From Polyangiaceae bacterium (lineage in GTDB: Bacteria > Myxococcota_A > Polyangia > Polyangiales > Polyangiaceae): a stretch of DNA of 64,000 nt. The notes under the pieces were generated by a model. The model made no database searches and was not told where the DNA came from. It worked only from the letters and a program-made list of their open reading frames with translations. Location of the stretch: positions 163,665-227,664 of the forward strand of contig JBNKBE010000010.1 in NCBI GenBank assembly GCA_050287085.1, in the 5' to 3' direction. Of this stretch, positions 9,081 through 20,519 are shown one piece after another (position 1 is the stretch's first letter; each line of letters opens with the position of its first letter). The position numbers and the translations under genes are program-made.

Positions 9081-9554
9081 CTAGTCCTTCTGTTGACGAA
9101 GTGGGTTGCGTTTGGAGAATCGCGCTGTGAGGCTCTCGAGCCGCGGGTTGCGACCACGCCAGTTGGCGATGCTGTCGTTCAATTCGCTCTGCAGCACTGG
9201 GAGCAAAGACTTGATCTCGGTGCCGCTGACTGTTCTTAGAGGAAGCACGCCCCGTGCCAGTAGTCTGCGGCTAGCCGAAGAGCCGATAGCTGCCGCATAA
9301 ACCAGGTCACATTGGCCGAGCCACTCCAAGCGCCCAGCCAGCCTGTGTTCGTGACCGCTCCCTTCGCTTGTCGCGAAGTCGCCAATTGTGATGGGGGCAG
9401 CTGTAGAGTTGTCAACGAGATAGACCAGATATGTGGAGGCTGCGCCGAGATGTTGGTCCACCGTGACGCCATCCGAGGTGGCGAAAGCCGCGCGAACACC
9501 GTCTGCCGTCGGCTGAAGTCCGCTGAGAATGTCTAGTTGACGCAGCAGAGGCAT
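9081..9554 (-). CDS. nifX: NifX-family protein (divergent copy next to nifN)
   Basis: AFATSD...VDQHLGAA, C..VYAAAIGSSA...L..GV.P; syntenic with nifEN. Confidence 0.75.
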   Translation of the reverse strand: MPLLRQLDILSGLQPTADGVRAAFATSDGVTVDQHLGAASTYLVYLVDNSTAAPITIGDFATSEGSGHEHRLAGRLEWLGQCDLVYAAAIGSSASRRLLARGVLPLRTVSGTEIKSLLPVLQSELNDSIANWRGRNPRLESLTARFSKRNPLRQQKD

Positions 9555-9563
9555 GGCGTCGGA

Positions 9564-10937
9564 CTATTGTGCAGCGACCGAGGTTGAGTTCTTTGATGGC
9601 GACAGCTGGGACTGATAGGCGGGTATCTCGTCAAGCTGTAGGTGATGGACGGTGTTGGCCAGGTTGAAGAGCACATCCCGCACTCCACGATACCCAACCC
9701 AGCGGCGAGCGTAGCCGCCGATCGTGTCGTATTGGGGAAAGCCGGCGCGAAGTAGCGGGACATGGAGGCGCTCTGCGGTCTCGGCGGCGTGGGAATTGCC
9801 GAGCAAGAGCTGCACACCAGCGGCCGCTGCTTCAGTCTCCAGATCTTCTAGATCGCCCACTGTTACGTGGGGTACGAGCATGCGATCAAGGGCCGGTCCA
9901 CGGCTCGGAGCGACCGTTGCTACCGCTTCGCAGCCGACGCTTTGCACCAAGCTGCTCAATGCGAGCAGCAAGTCTGGGTCTCCGGCGAGCCCGAGTCGGC
10001 GTTGTCCCAGAAAGAAGTGGGTGTCCAGCATCGCATCCGTCAATTGCCGACGCTGGCGGAGAACGCGGGAACTTGGCTGCTTCCGACCACTGGTCTCCAG
10101 GAGAGCCGAGACGAAGGCGTCGACTGCTGACAAAGAATGAAGATGATCCAGGAAGTGGGTTCGCACACCGGTTTGCTGTTGTAGCCACGCTCCGCACTTA
10201 TGCATGGACGGTCCCAGGGCGAGGGTTGCTGCCGCGGCTCCCAGAGCGGATACTTCGGACACTGGGGTGCCGCCAACGGTGACTGAACTAAAATCGATGT
10301 TTGTCAACTCCCCGCCGAGGGACTCTGCCAAGTTGGGAACGGTTCGACACTTCAGTCCGAACTCTGCGACCAGAGCTTCAATCTCTTCCAAGTCGCCCGG
10401 GGTGAACATGGAGGACGGAAGTATGTTCACAGTATCCAGCCCCTGTCCCAGACATGGTGCTGGAGCCATGGTCTTTAGCAGTTCGAGGACTGCGGCGGCG
10501 TAGCCCGTTTCAAGACAACCAGCGAAGTCAGGAGCGCTGACGGCTACAACCCGTGTACCCCGCAGTTCGGGGTGCAAGGCGTAGAATCGCTTCACAGCGC
10601 CTCGCAGATCACACCCCTGCGTTTCCGCTAGCCCAGTCGAAATTACGCCTACGACCTCCGGTTTGGCCTTGCCGCAGATCGCTACCAGCGCTTCTACTAT
10701 GCTCTCGTCGGCCCCCATGACGGAGCTGACTTGATCCATCGCCGTGGTCTGCAGTGGAATCGGCTCGCGAAAGTGCCGGACAAGAAAGACTTTGGCGAAC
10801 GCGGTGCATCCCTGTGCTCCGTGCATGAGCGGCATCGCACCTTGAAGACCGAGAAATGCCAGACTGGCTCCGACGGGCTGACTGACCTTGAGGGGGCTGA
10901 CGCTTAGCGCCTTCTTCCGTTGGCGTAGGGCTACCAT
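9564..10937 (-). CDS. nifN: NifN, FeMo-co scaffold beta subunit
   Basis: PLK.SQP.GA, HGAQGCTAF...RHFREPIPLQTTAM; TGATG overlap with nifE. Confidence 0.95.
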   Translation of the reverse strand: MVALRQRKKALSVSPLKVSQPVGASLAFLGLQGAMPLMHGAQGCTAFAKVFLVRHFREPIPLQTTAMDQVSSVMGADESIVEALVAICGKAKPEVVGVISTGLAETQGCDLRGAVKRFYALHPELRGTRVVAVSAPDFAGCLETGYAAAVLELLKTMAPAPCLGQGLDTVNILPSSMFTPGDLEEIEALVAEFGLKCRTVPNLAESLGGELTNIDFSSVTVGGTPVSEVSALGAAAATLALGPSMHKCGAWLQQQTGVRTHFLDHLHSLSAVDAFVSALLETSGRKQPSSRVLRQRRQLTDAMLDTHFFLGQRRLGLAGDPDLLLALSSLVQSVGCEAVATVAPSRGPALDRMLVPHVTVGDLEDLETEAAAAGVQLLLGNSHAAETAERLHVPLLRAGFPQYDTIGGYARRWVGYRGVRDVLFNLANTVHHLQLDEIPAYQSQLSPSKNSTSVAAQ

Positions 10938-12373
10938 CAGACCACCGCCGCTAGGGGAGAACACTCGAGCTTGGCTCTTGCGGTGACGTGTTGCGGACAT
11001 GACTCCCAGGGAGCAGCAGCGCGTACCGCCTCCCATATGGGGCTTTGCAACGATAGCGTCAGCTGGCGCACCAGTTGCAGCATGCCAGCGTAGCCAGCGT
11101 AGGCAAAGTCGCGCTCCTGATTGATGTCTAGGAATGGGACCTTGGCTTTCAAAGCTGTATACATGTTGCGTCCGCCCGCGATCAGAATGTCGGCGCGGAG
11201 TTCCGCAACCGTATCAAGCAGAACTCGCGGATTGCCGTCATCGAGCATCTTTGTGTTTTGCCCCATCAGTTCGCGAATGCGCGCCTTGTCCTCTTCGGTG
11301 GACTTCTTGGTGCCGGTGGCCACGACAATCATTCCTAGGTCTTGGAGGGCACTTACTACCGACCACGACTTGACACCACCGGTGTACAGTAGCACACGTT
11401 TACCAGCCACGAGAGGCTTCAGCCGGGTGAGCTCAGCGCGTACCCTTGATTCTTCCCGCGCTATCAGGCGTTCCGTGCGTTGTTGCAGCTCAGGATCGCC
11501 GATAAGCTTGGAGATGCCGCGCAGGGCCGCAGAGGTGTCCTCGATGCCGTAGAAGCTGCCTTCAAACCAAGGCGTGCCGTACTTTGCTTCGAGTGAGCGG
11601 GCAACGTTGAGCATCGCCTTGGAGCAGACCATCATGTTGACGCGCGCTCGATGCATGGTCTGAACTTCGCCAAATCGCGCGTCACCCGACAGGGTGCAAA
11701 GAATTCTTATGCCGAGCTCGTCAAATAGCGGAAGTACGCTCCAGAATTCGCCTGCGATGTTGTACTCGCCAATGAGATTGATGTCGTAGACGGGAAAAGG
11801 CAGGTTAGCTGGTGGAGGCGGCGGTTCGCGCGTGCCGATGACGTACTTGACCATGGCTTCGCCCGCGATGCGGTTGCCTAGGTTCTTGGTGCCGTAGAAG
11901 CCCGCGGCGTCGATCGGAACTGTGGGAACCCCCCACTGCTCTCTGGCAAGCTTGCAAACGGCCTCGATATCATCGCCAATGAGCGCAGGCACGCATGTGT
12001 TGTAGACAAAGACCGCGGCGGGCGAGTGTTCAAGGATCGCTTGCTTGATGGCGTGAAGCAGTCGTTTCTCACCACGACCCATGACCACATCTTGCTCCGA
12101 CAGGTCCGTTGTCATGCCCAGTCGATACAATGCAGGGCCTGATGAGCGCGTACCGCGGTTGTCCCATGAGCTGCCGGCGCAGGCGATAGGACCATGTACG
12201 ATATGCGCAACATCGGCAATGGGGAGCAAGGCTATTTGCGCACCATCGAATGCACAGCCGCCTGCGGCCGACCCGGGCTTGGGTTTTGCGCAGCCGGACT
12301 TGGACTTCTTATTGTGTGCGCACGAGGGTTCGTCGAGCAGAGCCGTCAGCTCTGATTGCTTCTTCAACGCCAT
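10937..12373 (-). CDS. nifE: NifE, FeMo-co scaffold alpha subunit
   Basis: [37 protein letters not shown]. Confidence 0.97.
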   Translation of the reverse strand: MALKKQSELTALLDEPSCAHNKKSKSGCAKPKPGSAAGGCAFDGAQIALLPIADVAHIVHGPIACAGSSWDNRGTRSSGPALYRLGMTTDLSEQDVVMGRGEKRLLHAIKQAILEHSPAAVFVYNTCVPALIGDDIEAVCKLAREQWGVPTVPIDAAGFYGTKNLGNRIAGEAMVKYVIGTREPPPPPANLPFPVYDINLIGEYNIAGEFWSVLPLFDELGIRILCTLSGDARFGEVQTMHRARVNMMVCSKAMLNVARSLEAKYGTPWFEGSFYGIEDTSAALRGISKLIGDPELQQRTERLIAREESRVRAELTRLKPLVAGKRVLLYTGGVKSWSVVSALQDLGMIVVATGTKKSTEEDKARIRELMGQNTKMLDDGNPRVLLDTVAELRADILIAGGRNMYTALKAKVPFLDINQERDFAYAGYAGMLQLVRQLTLSLQSPIWEAVRAAAPWESCPQHVTARAKLECSPLAAVV

Positions 12374-12414
12374 ACTGAGCTCCTTCAGACAGCGCGACCT
12401 GCGGCCGCTTGTGT

Positions 12415-12669
12415 CTAGAGCTCTGCAAGAACCAGTCCCACGGCATTCTCGAGCTCCGATGTCAGACTCAGGCAGTGACCGCTGCTGGTGAGAAGATGAA
12501 TCTGGAAGTCCGTCCCCTCTCGATAGGGTGTATGGGTCTCGACGTCGTCAGCACTGCAGGTTGTCAAGCGGATTGAGGGATGAAGGCGCCGCAGTTCCGA
12601 TAGCGTTTCCGGTCGAACGCCGTCGAGTTCAAGACGCTCTACAATGGCTTTAAGTTCAGACTGTTGCAT
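12415..12669 (-). CDS. Small nif-associated protein between nifY and nifE (orf1/NafA-like)
   Basis: LR...P.IR.T.CS.DDV....P, HCLSLT...E.A.GLVLAE; syntenic position. Confidence 0.65.
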   Translation of the reverse strand: MQQSELKAIVERLELDGVRPETLSELRRLHPSIRLTTCSADDVETHTPYREGTDFQIHLLTSSGHCLSLTSELENAVGLVLAEL

Positions 12670-13358
12670 GGGTACGTTTCCCCTTGAGGTCGTAGTTGCA
12701 TCGCCTTGGTCAACCACGGGGCGGGTGAGTTCTTCATGACGTGTTGCAGGCGTTTGAGCACTGCGGAGCAAGGAATGGGCTGGACCATCTTCACTGGATA
12801 GATCCCGAGTCGAACGAGTGACGCGATCGCTGCACCCCCGACCGACAACGTGTAGACAACCCGACAATCTTCTACGAGCTTGAGGCGTTGACTCAGGGAA
12901 TCACGTCGAGTGAGACTACGTGGCGCTTCACGAACGGCGACCAGCGCAGAGTCCGAGATGGCTACGTCGTAGATCAGCATTCGGCGACAGCGAAGCAGGC
13001 TGCCGTCGAGCCAGTGCCCTTCGTGGGACGCAAAACCGACTCGGAGTACTCCTGTTGCCGGGGCTATCCACGTTGCATCGGGGCGGGGCGTTTGCGTGGC
13101 CTTGTAGGGTGGCAGCCCTCGTCCGTGCAGGCGGGCGACGGCGCGCCCGGCGCGGCTACGTGAACACCGCCCTCCGAAGGCCCGTGCGACGCCGCGCTCC
13201 CCGAGTTGGGAAAGGCTTTCGACTGTGAGCTGCCCACCCGTCAGGGTGAGCAGTACCTGAACTAGCTCGCGGAGCGGGACCTCGGGGAGCTCACGGCTGG
13301 CGGCGGCGACCCGCAGGGCGACATCGCGTGTCATCGTTGGCGGCGAAAGACTGCACAT
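12639..13358 (-). CDS. nifY: NifY (NafY/NifX family)
   Basis: VALRVA.A.R.LP N-domain plus NifX-like C-domain, PWL.K; follows nifT. Confidence 0.82.
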   Translation of the reverse strand: MCSLSPPTMTRDVALRVAAASRELPEVPLRELVQVLLTLTGGQLTVESLSQLGERGVARAFGGRCSRSRAGRAVARLHGRGLPPYKATQTPRPDATWIAPATGVLRVGFASHEGHWLDGSLLRCRRMLIYDVAISDSALVAVREAPRSLTRRDSLSQRLKLVEDCRVVYTLSVGGAAIASLVRLGIYPVKMVQPIPCSAVLKRLQHVMKNSPAPWLTKAMQLRPQGETYPCNSLNLKPL

Positions 13359-13413
13359 GATGTCATACACCTCTCGTGAAGAGGCCGGAGAGCGCAGACT
13401 CTCCGGCCGCCAT

Positions 13414-13638
13414 TCACTGCGAGAGCGATCGTTTGGTGGCCCGAACCGTGGTTGGTAGCGAAGGCTTCCCCGGGCGTGGCTCAAGGTAGTAGATAGATCC
13501 GTCTCCGAGAGTTAGTTCGCCACCCCATTTGTCGACCTCGTCGTGTTCTACCTTGACGACAATCTCCTCGAGATCCTTCTTTGCAAGATAGAAGACCAGT
13601 TGGCCAGCAGCGTCTTCTCGCAACATTACATTGGCCAT
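13414..13638 (-). CDS. nifT: NifT/FixU
   Basis: VMLR...Y.AKKDLEE....WGG...L..G...LPTTVRA. Confidence 0.92.
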   Translation of the reverse strand: MANVMLREDAAGQLVFYLAKKDLEEIVVKVEHDEVDKWGGELTLGDGSIYYLEPRPGKPSLPTTVRATKRSLSQ

Positions 13639-13655
13639 CGCGATGATACCAATCG

Positions 13656-15227
13656 TTAGCGAATGAGATCGTAGTTGTAGTCCGTCGTCATCATGCCACG
13701 TGTCTCTTCGTCGAGGCGCTCGAGCACGGCGTTGACCAGGATGGTGAGCATCTGCATCGCGCCTTCGTATCCCATGGTGGTTTGACGATGCAGGTGATGG
13801 CGATCGAAGATCGGAAAGCCGAGCCGAATGAGCGGTACCTCAAACTCCTTGCCCTTGTGCAGCGTGTCCCGTTGAATGAACTTGCCATACGAGTTGCCGA
13901 TCATGAAGTCCGGCTTGTCCGTGAATACGAGCGAGCGCATGTGCCACAGATCAGCCCCGATATGGACTTTGCAATTGGCGCCGTAGGGGGAGGCAGCAAG
14001 TAGATCTTCGACCCCTTTGCGCCAACGCTTGTTGGCATTGTGGCAGACGATGTGAATCGGCTCAGCGCCTAGCTCGAGTAGAAACTTGACCATGCCTCGG
14101 ACGAAGTCCGGATCGCCCCACAGCGCGAAGCGCTTTCCGTGGAGCCACGCGTGTGAGTCGGTCATCATGTCGACGAGGCGGCCGCGTTCCGTGGCAAGCG
14201 AGTCCGGGATGGGCTTTCCGGTCAGCTCGCTCACGTGCATGAGCCACTGGTCGGTCCAATCGAGCCCCATGGGTATTTCGAGCGACTCCGCCTTGTGCTT
14301 CCAAGTATTCTTCACGTACTTGAGCGTCTTGACCGCTTGATTGGGTTGAAGGCACAGCGTATCAATTGCGTTCGGCGCGTCCCTGACTTCGTCGAGAGTC
14401 GTGCCGCCCGCGTACATGCGAAAGTGGCCGTCTGCGGGGGTGTCGAGCACCTCTTCCGGATCGCTCAGGAATGTATAGTCGACGTCCATTTCACTGAGCA
14501 TGCGCTTGATGACGCGGAAGTTGCCCAGATACGTCTCGAACCCTGGAACAATGTTGAGCTTGCCATTGCTTCCAACACTCTTGCCTTCCATGCTGTTGAG
14601 CGTGAAGTAGCGAAGGATTCCTTCGAACATATTGTCCCAGCCGGTGACATGGCTGCCGACGAAGCTCGGGGTGTGAGCAAAGGGAGTAGGGAACTCTTGC
14701 GGAACGCGCCCGTCTTTCTTGGCGTTGTTGATGAATGCATTCAGATCGTCGCCGATGACCTCCGCCATGCAGGTGGTGCTAACCGCGATCATGTCGGGCT
14801 TGTAGACTTCCTTGCAGTTTTGCAGGCCCGCAAACATATTCTTCTGCCCACCGAAGACGGCGGCGTCCTCAGTCATGGAGTCGCTAACGCAGGCGATGGG
14901 TTCCTTGAAGTGACGGTTGAAGTACGTTCTGAAGTACGCGACGCAGCCCTGGCTGCCGTGCACATAGGGCATTGTCTTCTCAAAACCCAGCGCGCACAGA
15001 ACGGCACCCAGGGGCTGACAGGCCTTCGCGGGGTTCACCGTCAATGCTTCCCGCTTGAAGTTGAGGTCCTGGTATTCTTGAGTAGTTGTCCACTGGAAGA
15101 CCTCGTCGAGCTTTTCTTGAGGAAACTTCTCCTCGAATTGGTCCGCCTTGTTCTTGAGGGTGTCCTTGTATTCCTGTTCGCGGAATAGAGGGTAGCTTGG
15201 CTTTATGTCGTCAACGGTCTGGGGCAT
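13656..15227 (-). CDS. nifK: Nitrogenase MoFe protein beta subunit
   Basis: NPAKACQPLGA, HGSQGCVAYFR, TTCMAEVIGDD, C-terminal TDYNYDLIR. Confidence 0.99.
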   Translation of the reverse strand: MPQTVDDIKPSYPLFREQEYKDTLKNKADQFEEKFPQEKLDEVFQWTTTQEYQDLNFKREALTVNPAKACQPLGAVLCALGFEKTMPYVHGSQGCVAYFRTYFNRHFKEPIACVSDSMTEDAAVFGGQKNMFAGLQNCKEVYKPDMIAVSTTCMAEVIGDDLNAFINNAKKDGRVPQEFPTPFAHTPSFVGSHVTGWDNMFEGILRYFTLNSMEGKSVGSNGKLNIVPGFETYLGNFRVIKRMLSEMDVDYTFLSDPEEVLDTPADGHFRMYAGGTTLDEVRDAPNAIDTLCLQPNQAVKTLKYVKNTWKHKAESLEIPMGLDWTDQWLMHVSELTGKPIPDSLATERGRLVDMMTDSHAWLHGKRFALWGDPDFVRGMVKFLLELGAEPIHIVCHNANKRWRKGVEDLLAASPYGANCKVHIGADLWHMRSLVFTDKPDFMIGNSYGKFIQRDTLHKGKEFEVPLIRLGFPIFDRHHLHRQTTMGYEGAMQMLTILVNAVLERLDEETRGMMTTDYNYDLIR

Positions 15228-15350
15228 AGTGTCCTCCTGCCACTCATACGTGGCTTTCCGGGGGCGAAGTCTGGGGTGTGAAGTAGAATGATGTTGGGAG
15301 CGCCCCCGTGTTGCGCAGCACGGCGCACGTGCGCAACCGGAGGCTTCAGC

Positions 15351-16847
15351 TCAGCTCGCAGCGCCAGCTGCAAGCGATTGAGTTGCGGTAGCGCCGACAG
15401 AGGCGCGTTGCCATGGAGCTGCGAGCTTCTTCCAGCATGGATTGTTCAGTGTCATGTCCATGTCACGAGCGAAGATGGCGAAGCCATCGTACCCGTGGTA
15501 TGGGCCTGAGTAGTCCCATGAGTGCATCTGCCGGAAGGGAATCCCCATCTTCTGGAAGATGTACTTCTCTTTGATCCCTGAGCCGATGAGATCGGGTTTG
15601 AGCGCTTTGACAAACTCCTCGAACTCGTAGCCGGTAACATCGTCGTAGAGCAGCGTCGCGTTGCCCATTTCCTTGAGCGTGCGGTCGTAGTCGTCGTTGT
15701 GTCCGAACTCGTATCCGGTTCCTATGACTTCCATACCGAGGTCCTCGTAGGCGCCGATTACGTGACGCGGACGAAGACCACCGACAAAGAGCATGACGCG
15801 CTTGCCTTCCAGCCGCGGTCTGAACTTCTGTACCACTGGCTCCCACTTGGCCTTGTACTTGGCGATGACCGCTTCGGTCTTGGCCTGTATCGTTTCGTCG
15901 AAGAAGGCAGCGATCTTACGAAGAGACTCGTCACACTTCGTCGGCCCAAAGAAGTTGTACTCCATCCACGGGATGCCGTACTTCTCTTCCATGTGTCGCG
16001 ATATGTAGTTCATTGAGCGATAGCAATGAACGAGGTTGAGCTTCACCTTCGGCGTGAGCTCCATCTCGCTCAAGGTCCCATCTCCTGACCACTGTGCGAC
16101 GACACGCAGTCCCATTTCCTCTAGTAGGGTACGAGAGGACCACGCGTCGCCACCAATGTTGTAGTCGCCAATGATGGCCACGTCGTATGGCGTGGACTGG
16201 AAGGAGGTATCCTCGTCGCGTTTGGACAGCACCCAATCACGGACGGAGTCGTTGGCGATATGGTGTCCGAGTGACTGAGATACGCCCCGGAACCCTTCGC
16301 AGCGCACTGGGACAACGGTCTTACCATGTTCCGCCGTTTTCTTCTTGGAGACGGCCTCAATGTCATCACCAATGAGACCGATGGGGCACTCCGACTGGAT
16401 GGTGATGCCCTTGTTGAGGGGAAAGAGCTCTTCGATTTCGTCGATCAGCTTGGCTAGCTTCTTGTCGCCGCCGAAGACGATGTCCTTCTCCTGGAAGTCG
16501 GACGTGAAGTTCATGGTCACGAACGCGTTTACGCCGGTGGTTCCGATGTAGTAGTTGCGACGGCCAGCGCGGGAGTATTGTCCACATCCGACAGGGCCGT
16601 GAGAGATATGGATCATATCTTTCACAGGGCCCCAGACTACGCCCTTTGAGCCGGCATAGGCGCAGCCCCGAATCGTCATCAGACCGGGCAGCGACTTCTT
16701 GTTGGACGTGATGCATTTCTTGGAGCGATCTAGCTCTGGGTCATTAGGCGAAAGATGCTTTGAGCGGTCCTTCTTGGCCTCCTCTGGGTAGATCGCGAGC
16801 ACTTCTTCGATGAGGGCTTCGGTCTCTTCACGGGTCATTTCGGGCAT
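15351..16847 (-). CDS. nifD: Nitrogenase MoFe protein alpha subunit (group I)
   Basis: RGCAYAG, HGPVGCG, SECPIG, VHCYRS (Cys275 equivalent), MHSWDY (His442 equivalent). Confidence 0.99.
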   Translation of the reverse strand: MPEMTREETEALIEEVLAIYPEEAKKDRSKHLSPNDPELDRSKKCITSNKKSLPGLMTIRGCAYAGSKGVVWGPVKDMIHISHGPVGCGQYSRAGRRNYYIGTTGVNAFVTMNFTSDFQEKDIVFGGDKKLAKLIDEIEELFPLNKGITIQSECPIGLIGDDIEAVSKKKTAEHGKTVVPVRCEGFRGVSQSLGHHIANDSVRDWVLSKRDEDTSFQSTPYDVAIIGDYNIGGDAWSSRTLLEEMGLRVVAQWSGDGTLSEMELTPKVKLNLVHCYRSMNYISRHMEEKYGIPWMEYNFFGPTKCDESLRKIAAFFDETIQAKTEAVIAKYKAKWEPVVQKFRPRLEGKRVMLFVGGLRPRHVIGAYEDLGMEVIGTGYEFGHNDDYDRTLKEMGNATLLYDDVTGYEFEEFVKALKPDLIGSGIKEKYIFQKMGIPFRQMHSWDYSGPYHGYDGFAIFARDMDMTLNNPCWKKLAAPWQRASVGATATQSLAAGAAS

Positions 16848-16885
16848 AATCCTGCTCCTTTATGAGTCCAAAAGTTGTGGTGAGC

Positions 16886-16914
16886 GGACCGGCAAGCGCG
16901 CGGCGAGCCGGTCC
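16886..16914. other. nifH-nifD intergenic stem-loop
   Basis: GGACCGGC ... GCCGGTCC 8-bp inverted repeat just after the nifH stop. Confidence 0.6.
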
Positions 16915-16921
16915 AAGGTGA

Positions 16922-18145
<1,224 letters not shown>

Positions 18146-18205
18146 TCATACTGCGCCGCCTCATCCCCACGACGGACTCTTCCCTCCGCGGGCCCTTGGG
18201 CTGGT

Positions 18206-18508
18206 TTAGGCGGCGCGCTGCCAGGCGACGAAGCCTCCGGCGAGGCTGTAGACGCGTTGAAAGCCCGCCGCGGCGAAGAGTCTTCCCTTGGCCATGCTGA
18301 GCTGTCCGCGAAAGCAGTAGATGAGTAGTGCTTGCTCAATCTCCCGGCGCTTGACTAGGGCGGCAATGAGGTCGTCGTGCAGGAGCATGGCGCCACTGAT
18401 GTGACCAGCCTTGTACGAGTGAGCGTCTCGCGCGTCGAGGATCGTCGGGTGTTCGTGAGCAATCAGCTTCTGAGCTTCGCCGATTGTCAGTCGAATGGGA
18501 GCCTTCAT
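18206..18508 (-). CDS. Single-domain rhodanese (RhdN/GlpE-like)
   Basis: LDAR...Y..GHI.GA, IYC..G..S, GF..VYSL.GGF..W. Confidence 0.85.
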   Translation of the reverse strand: MKAPIRLTIGEAQKLIAHEHPTILDARDAHSYKAGHISGAMLLHDDLIAALVKRREIEQALLIYCFRGQLSMAKGRLFAAAGFQRVYSLAGGFVAWQRAA

Positions 18509-18522
18509 CAGCGTTGGTCTCC

Positions 18523-18798
18523 TCAAAGTTCGAGTTCCGCGGGGGTGTGAGCGGAAATGCTTAGGGCATGAATGATGCCGGATCTCAGCTCATCGCCAAA
18601 GAGGCCAAGGAGCTGCTGCTGGCGCGCCAACTTGGACTGCCCGGCGAACGCTTCCGACACGATGCGGAGTGAGAACGAACAGTCTTGTCCTGCGATGTAC
18701 ACAGCTGCATCGGGTAGCGCCGCGGTGACGCGCTGTTTGATCTGAGCGCTCGTCAGACCAGCTGGCGACGCGGGCTCAGCGAGAACTTGTAGCTTCAC
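18523..18798 (-). CDS. BolA/IbaG-family Fe-S protein
   Basis: DCSF...IVSEAF.G.S...RQQ...IHALSI.A.TP; GTGA coupling to grx. Confidence 0.85.
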   Translation of the reverse strand: MKLQVLAEPASPAGLTSAQIKQRVTAALPDAAVYIAGQDCSFSLRIVSEAFAGQSKLARQQQLLGLFGDELRSGIIHALSISAHTPAELEL

Positions 18799-19130
18799 GA
18801 AGCGACCTCCCGAACGGGGCGAGCCGTTATGAGGGAGATGATTTCTCCGCTGGCAACCAAGTCTTCGATGATGTCGCTCCCGCCGATCAGTTCTTGGTGG
18901 ATGAAGAGCTGAGGAAACGTTGGGAAGTGCGATATCTTGGGCAGGGTTTCGCGGATTCTGGGAGACTGCAATACGTCGATGTATGCGAAGCTCAGGCCAG
19001 CGGACTGGAGTGCAGCGACCGCCTTGGCCGAGAACCCACATTGGGGGGCCTCTGGGCTCCCCTTCATGAACAAGATGACAGGGGCGTCGGCGATGTACGA
19101 CTTGATGCGATCCTCAGTGGTGTTCGACAT
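18795..19130 (-). CDS. grxD: Monothiol CGFS glutaredoxin (Grx4/Grx5nif-like)
   Basis: LFMKG.PEAPQCGFS, PTFPQLFI..ELIGGSDI. Confidence 0.92.
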   Translation of the reverse strand: MSNTTEDRIKSYIADAPVILFMKGSPEAPQCGFSAKAVAALQSAGLSFAYIDVLQSPRIRETLPKISHFPTFPQLFIHQELIGGSDIIEDLVASGEIISLITARPVREVAS

Positions 19131-19197
19131 AGTGACTCCTTGCGATACGTGCGCACCTCATTGAGCGGGTGCGCCCAGAGGTCGGTAGAGCTTGAGT

Positions 19198-19213
19198 CGC
19201 AATTCTTGGGCCA
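19198..19213 (-). promoter_or_regulatory. Sigma-54 promoter of grx-bolA-rhodanese
   Basis: Minus strand TGGCCCAAGAATTGCG. Confidence 0.75.
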
Positions 19214-19309
19214 CTTCTGCGAGATGCGGGGCGGCGGTCTAGCGCTTGCTTCTTCCGGAGTGATGTGGCGGCTCACTGGCGAACGGGCGTGCCAGTGACG
19301 GAGCCTTCC

Positions 19310-19355
19310 TGTGCCGTAAGAGACAATCAAACGCAGCGATGTCACCTTCCACACA
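19310..19355. promoter_or_regulatory. Tandem NifA UAS
   Basis: TGT-GCCGTAAGAG-ACA (19310-19325) and TGT-CACCTTCCAC-ACA (19340-19355). Confidence 0.8.
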
Positions 19356-19373
19356 ATCAGGATGAGCGAATGC

Positions 19374-19580
19374 CGAGGGCCTTTCGCGACCGGGGCCCCT
19401 CGCGCCCTCACCCATCGGCATGTCAGCCGTCGAACCAATGTTCTTGGAGGCAGAGCGCGCCGTGTTGGAGGTCGGAGCGTTCGACGCACTTGACGGCGCG
19501 CCGCTGCTCGACATCAAGCCGCATACTGCCCGTTGCGATGCGCATCTGGAATCGAAGGCGCGATGGCTTGACGCCGTAGA
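19374..19580 (+). pseudogene. Degenerate TrmO/TsaA (YaeB-like) C-terminal fragment
   Basis: RGPFATGAPR, frameshift, then PIGMSAV...DALDGAPLLDIKPH...D...WLD; N-terminal half absent. Confidence 0.65.
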
Positions 19581-19684
19581 TGCTGCCGGAAAGAGCAGGC
19601 GAGCGCTTCTCGTGATAGAAAGCGCCCTTCGCGCCGTGGAACCGGCGGACGGGGGCTACATTGGAAGCCGAGTAGTCCAGCTAT

Positions 19685-20515
19685 CTACCCGAGAAGCGAT
19701 TGCGGACGCGCCTCGATGATGGATAGCCTAAGACGTTGGCAGAAGCGTCGCTCCTTGTCGGTGGGATTGTTGAGAAGAACCCACCCGGTACTAGTTTTGT
19801 CCGCGCCGTAGGTCAATTCTGTAAGGAGCATGCGTTCGGTATCTCGTCTGAAGCGCAGTCCCACAACCAGATAGCGCTTGTCGATACGACGAGCTTTTAC
19901 GAACGACGGGATGGCAAAGCCACCCATCAACTCAGTAATGTAGTCGACGAAGTCTGCATCCGAGGCAATGAAGCTTGGACTGGGAAGCGGCGTTCCTAGC
20001 GGTTTGAAGAGGACAGGTAGGGCCTTGTCGACCGCTTCAGGCGAACGCTCAACATAGCTACTTCCGGTAAACTCGAAGAGCTTGTAGCGATAGTCGGTTG
20101 CACCGATGCGGGCCACGCCCAGAATCAGTGTGTGTCTTCTCCCCTCGTAGGCCTTCTGCAGCTGTGAGTCGCGATTGGTGTCAATTATGTAGGGGAGATT
20201 CTGGGCCGCAAGCCACTGGTGAAGTGGGGACGCCGTCCACTGTCTCGTGGCGTAGGTACGCGTCAGGGAGTCTTCTACGAAGCGCCGACCTTTCTTGAGT
20301 TCAAGATTCATGGCAGCTCGCGAAAACTCGTACATCAGTTTTGGCGCCATCGGCTTGCCGGCGTTCAGCGAGAGAATCAGGCTGTCGGAGTCCGCCGGAA
20401 TCGGCGTCCCATTCGCTGCGTCGACGACTCCGTCGAGCGCCTCCGGTCCGAGATAGGGAACGACGCTTCCGTTTGCCAGGCCTTGTTTGATTTCTTGGAT
20501 AACTTCGAGGTTCAT
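19685..20515 (-). CDS. Nif-associated SIR2-like (SIR2_2) domain protein
   Basis: VVPYLGP...PIPADSDSLI, APKLMYEFSRAAM, ASDADFVDYITELMGGFAIP; end of the iscA-clpX operon. Confidence 0.8.
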   Translation of the reverse strand: MNLEVIQEIKQGLANGSVVPYLGPEALDGVVDAANGTPIPADSDSLILSLNAGKPMAPKLMYEFSRAAMNLELKKGRRFVEDSLTRTYATRQWTASPLHQWLAAQNLPYIIDTNRDSQLQKAYEGRRHTLILGVARIGATDYRYKLFEFTGSSYVERSPEAVDKALPVLFKPLGTPLPSPSFIASDADFVDYITELMGGFAIPSFVKARRIDKRYLVVGLRFRRDTERMLLTELTYGADKTSTGWVLLNNPTDKERRFCQRLRLSIIEARPQSLLG

Positions 20516-20519
20516 GACT

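Noticed and set aside
15351..16847. Alternative (V/Fe) nitrogenase or Nif-like pseudo-nitrogenase
   Set aside because: No vnfG/anfG; Mo-type ligand motifs plus nifQ and modABC are present
19685..20515. SIR2 protein as an anti-phage system (Thoeris/DSR)
   Set aside because: No partner genes; it sits in the nif operon and resembles nif-associated SIR2-like proteins
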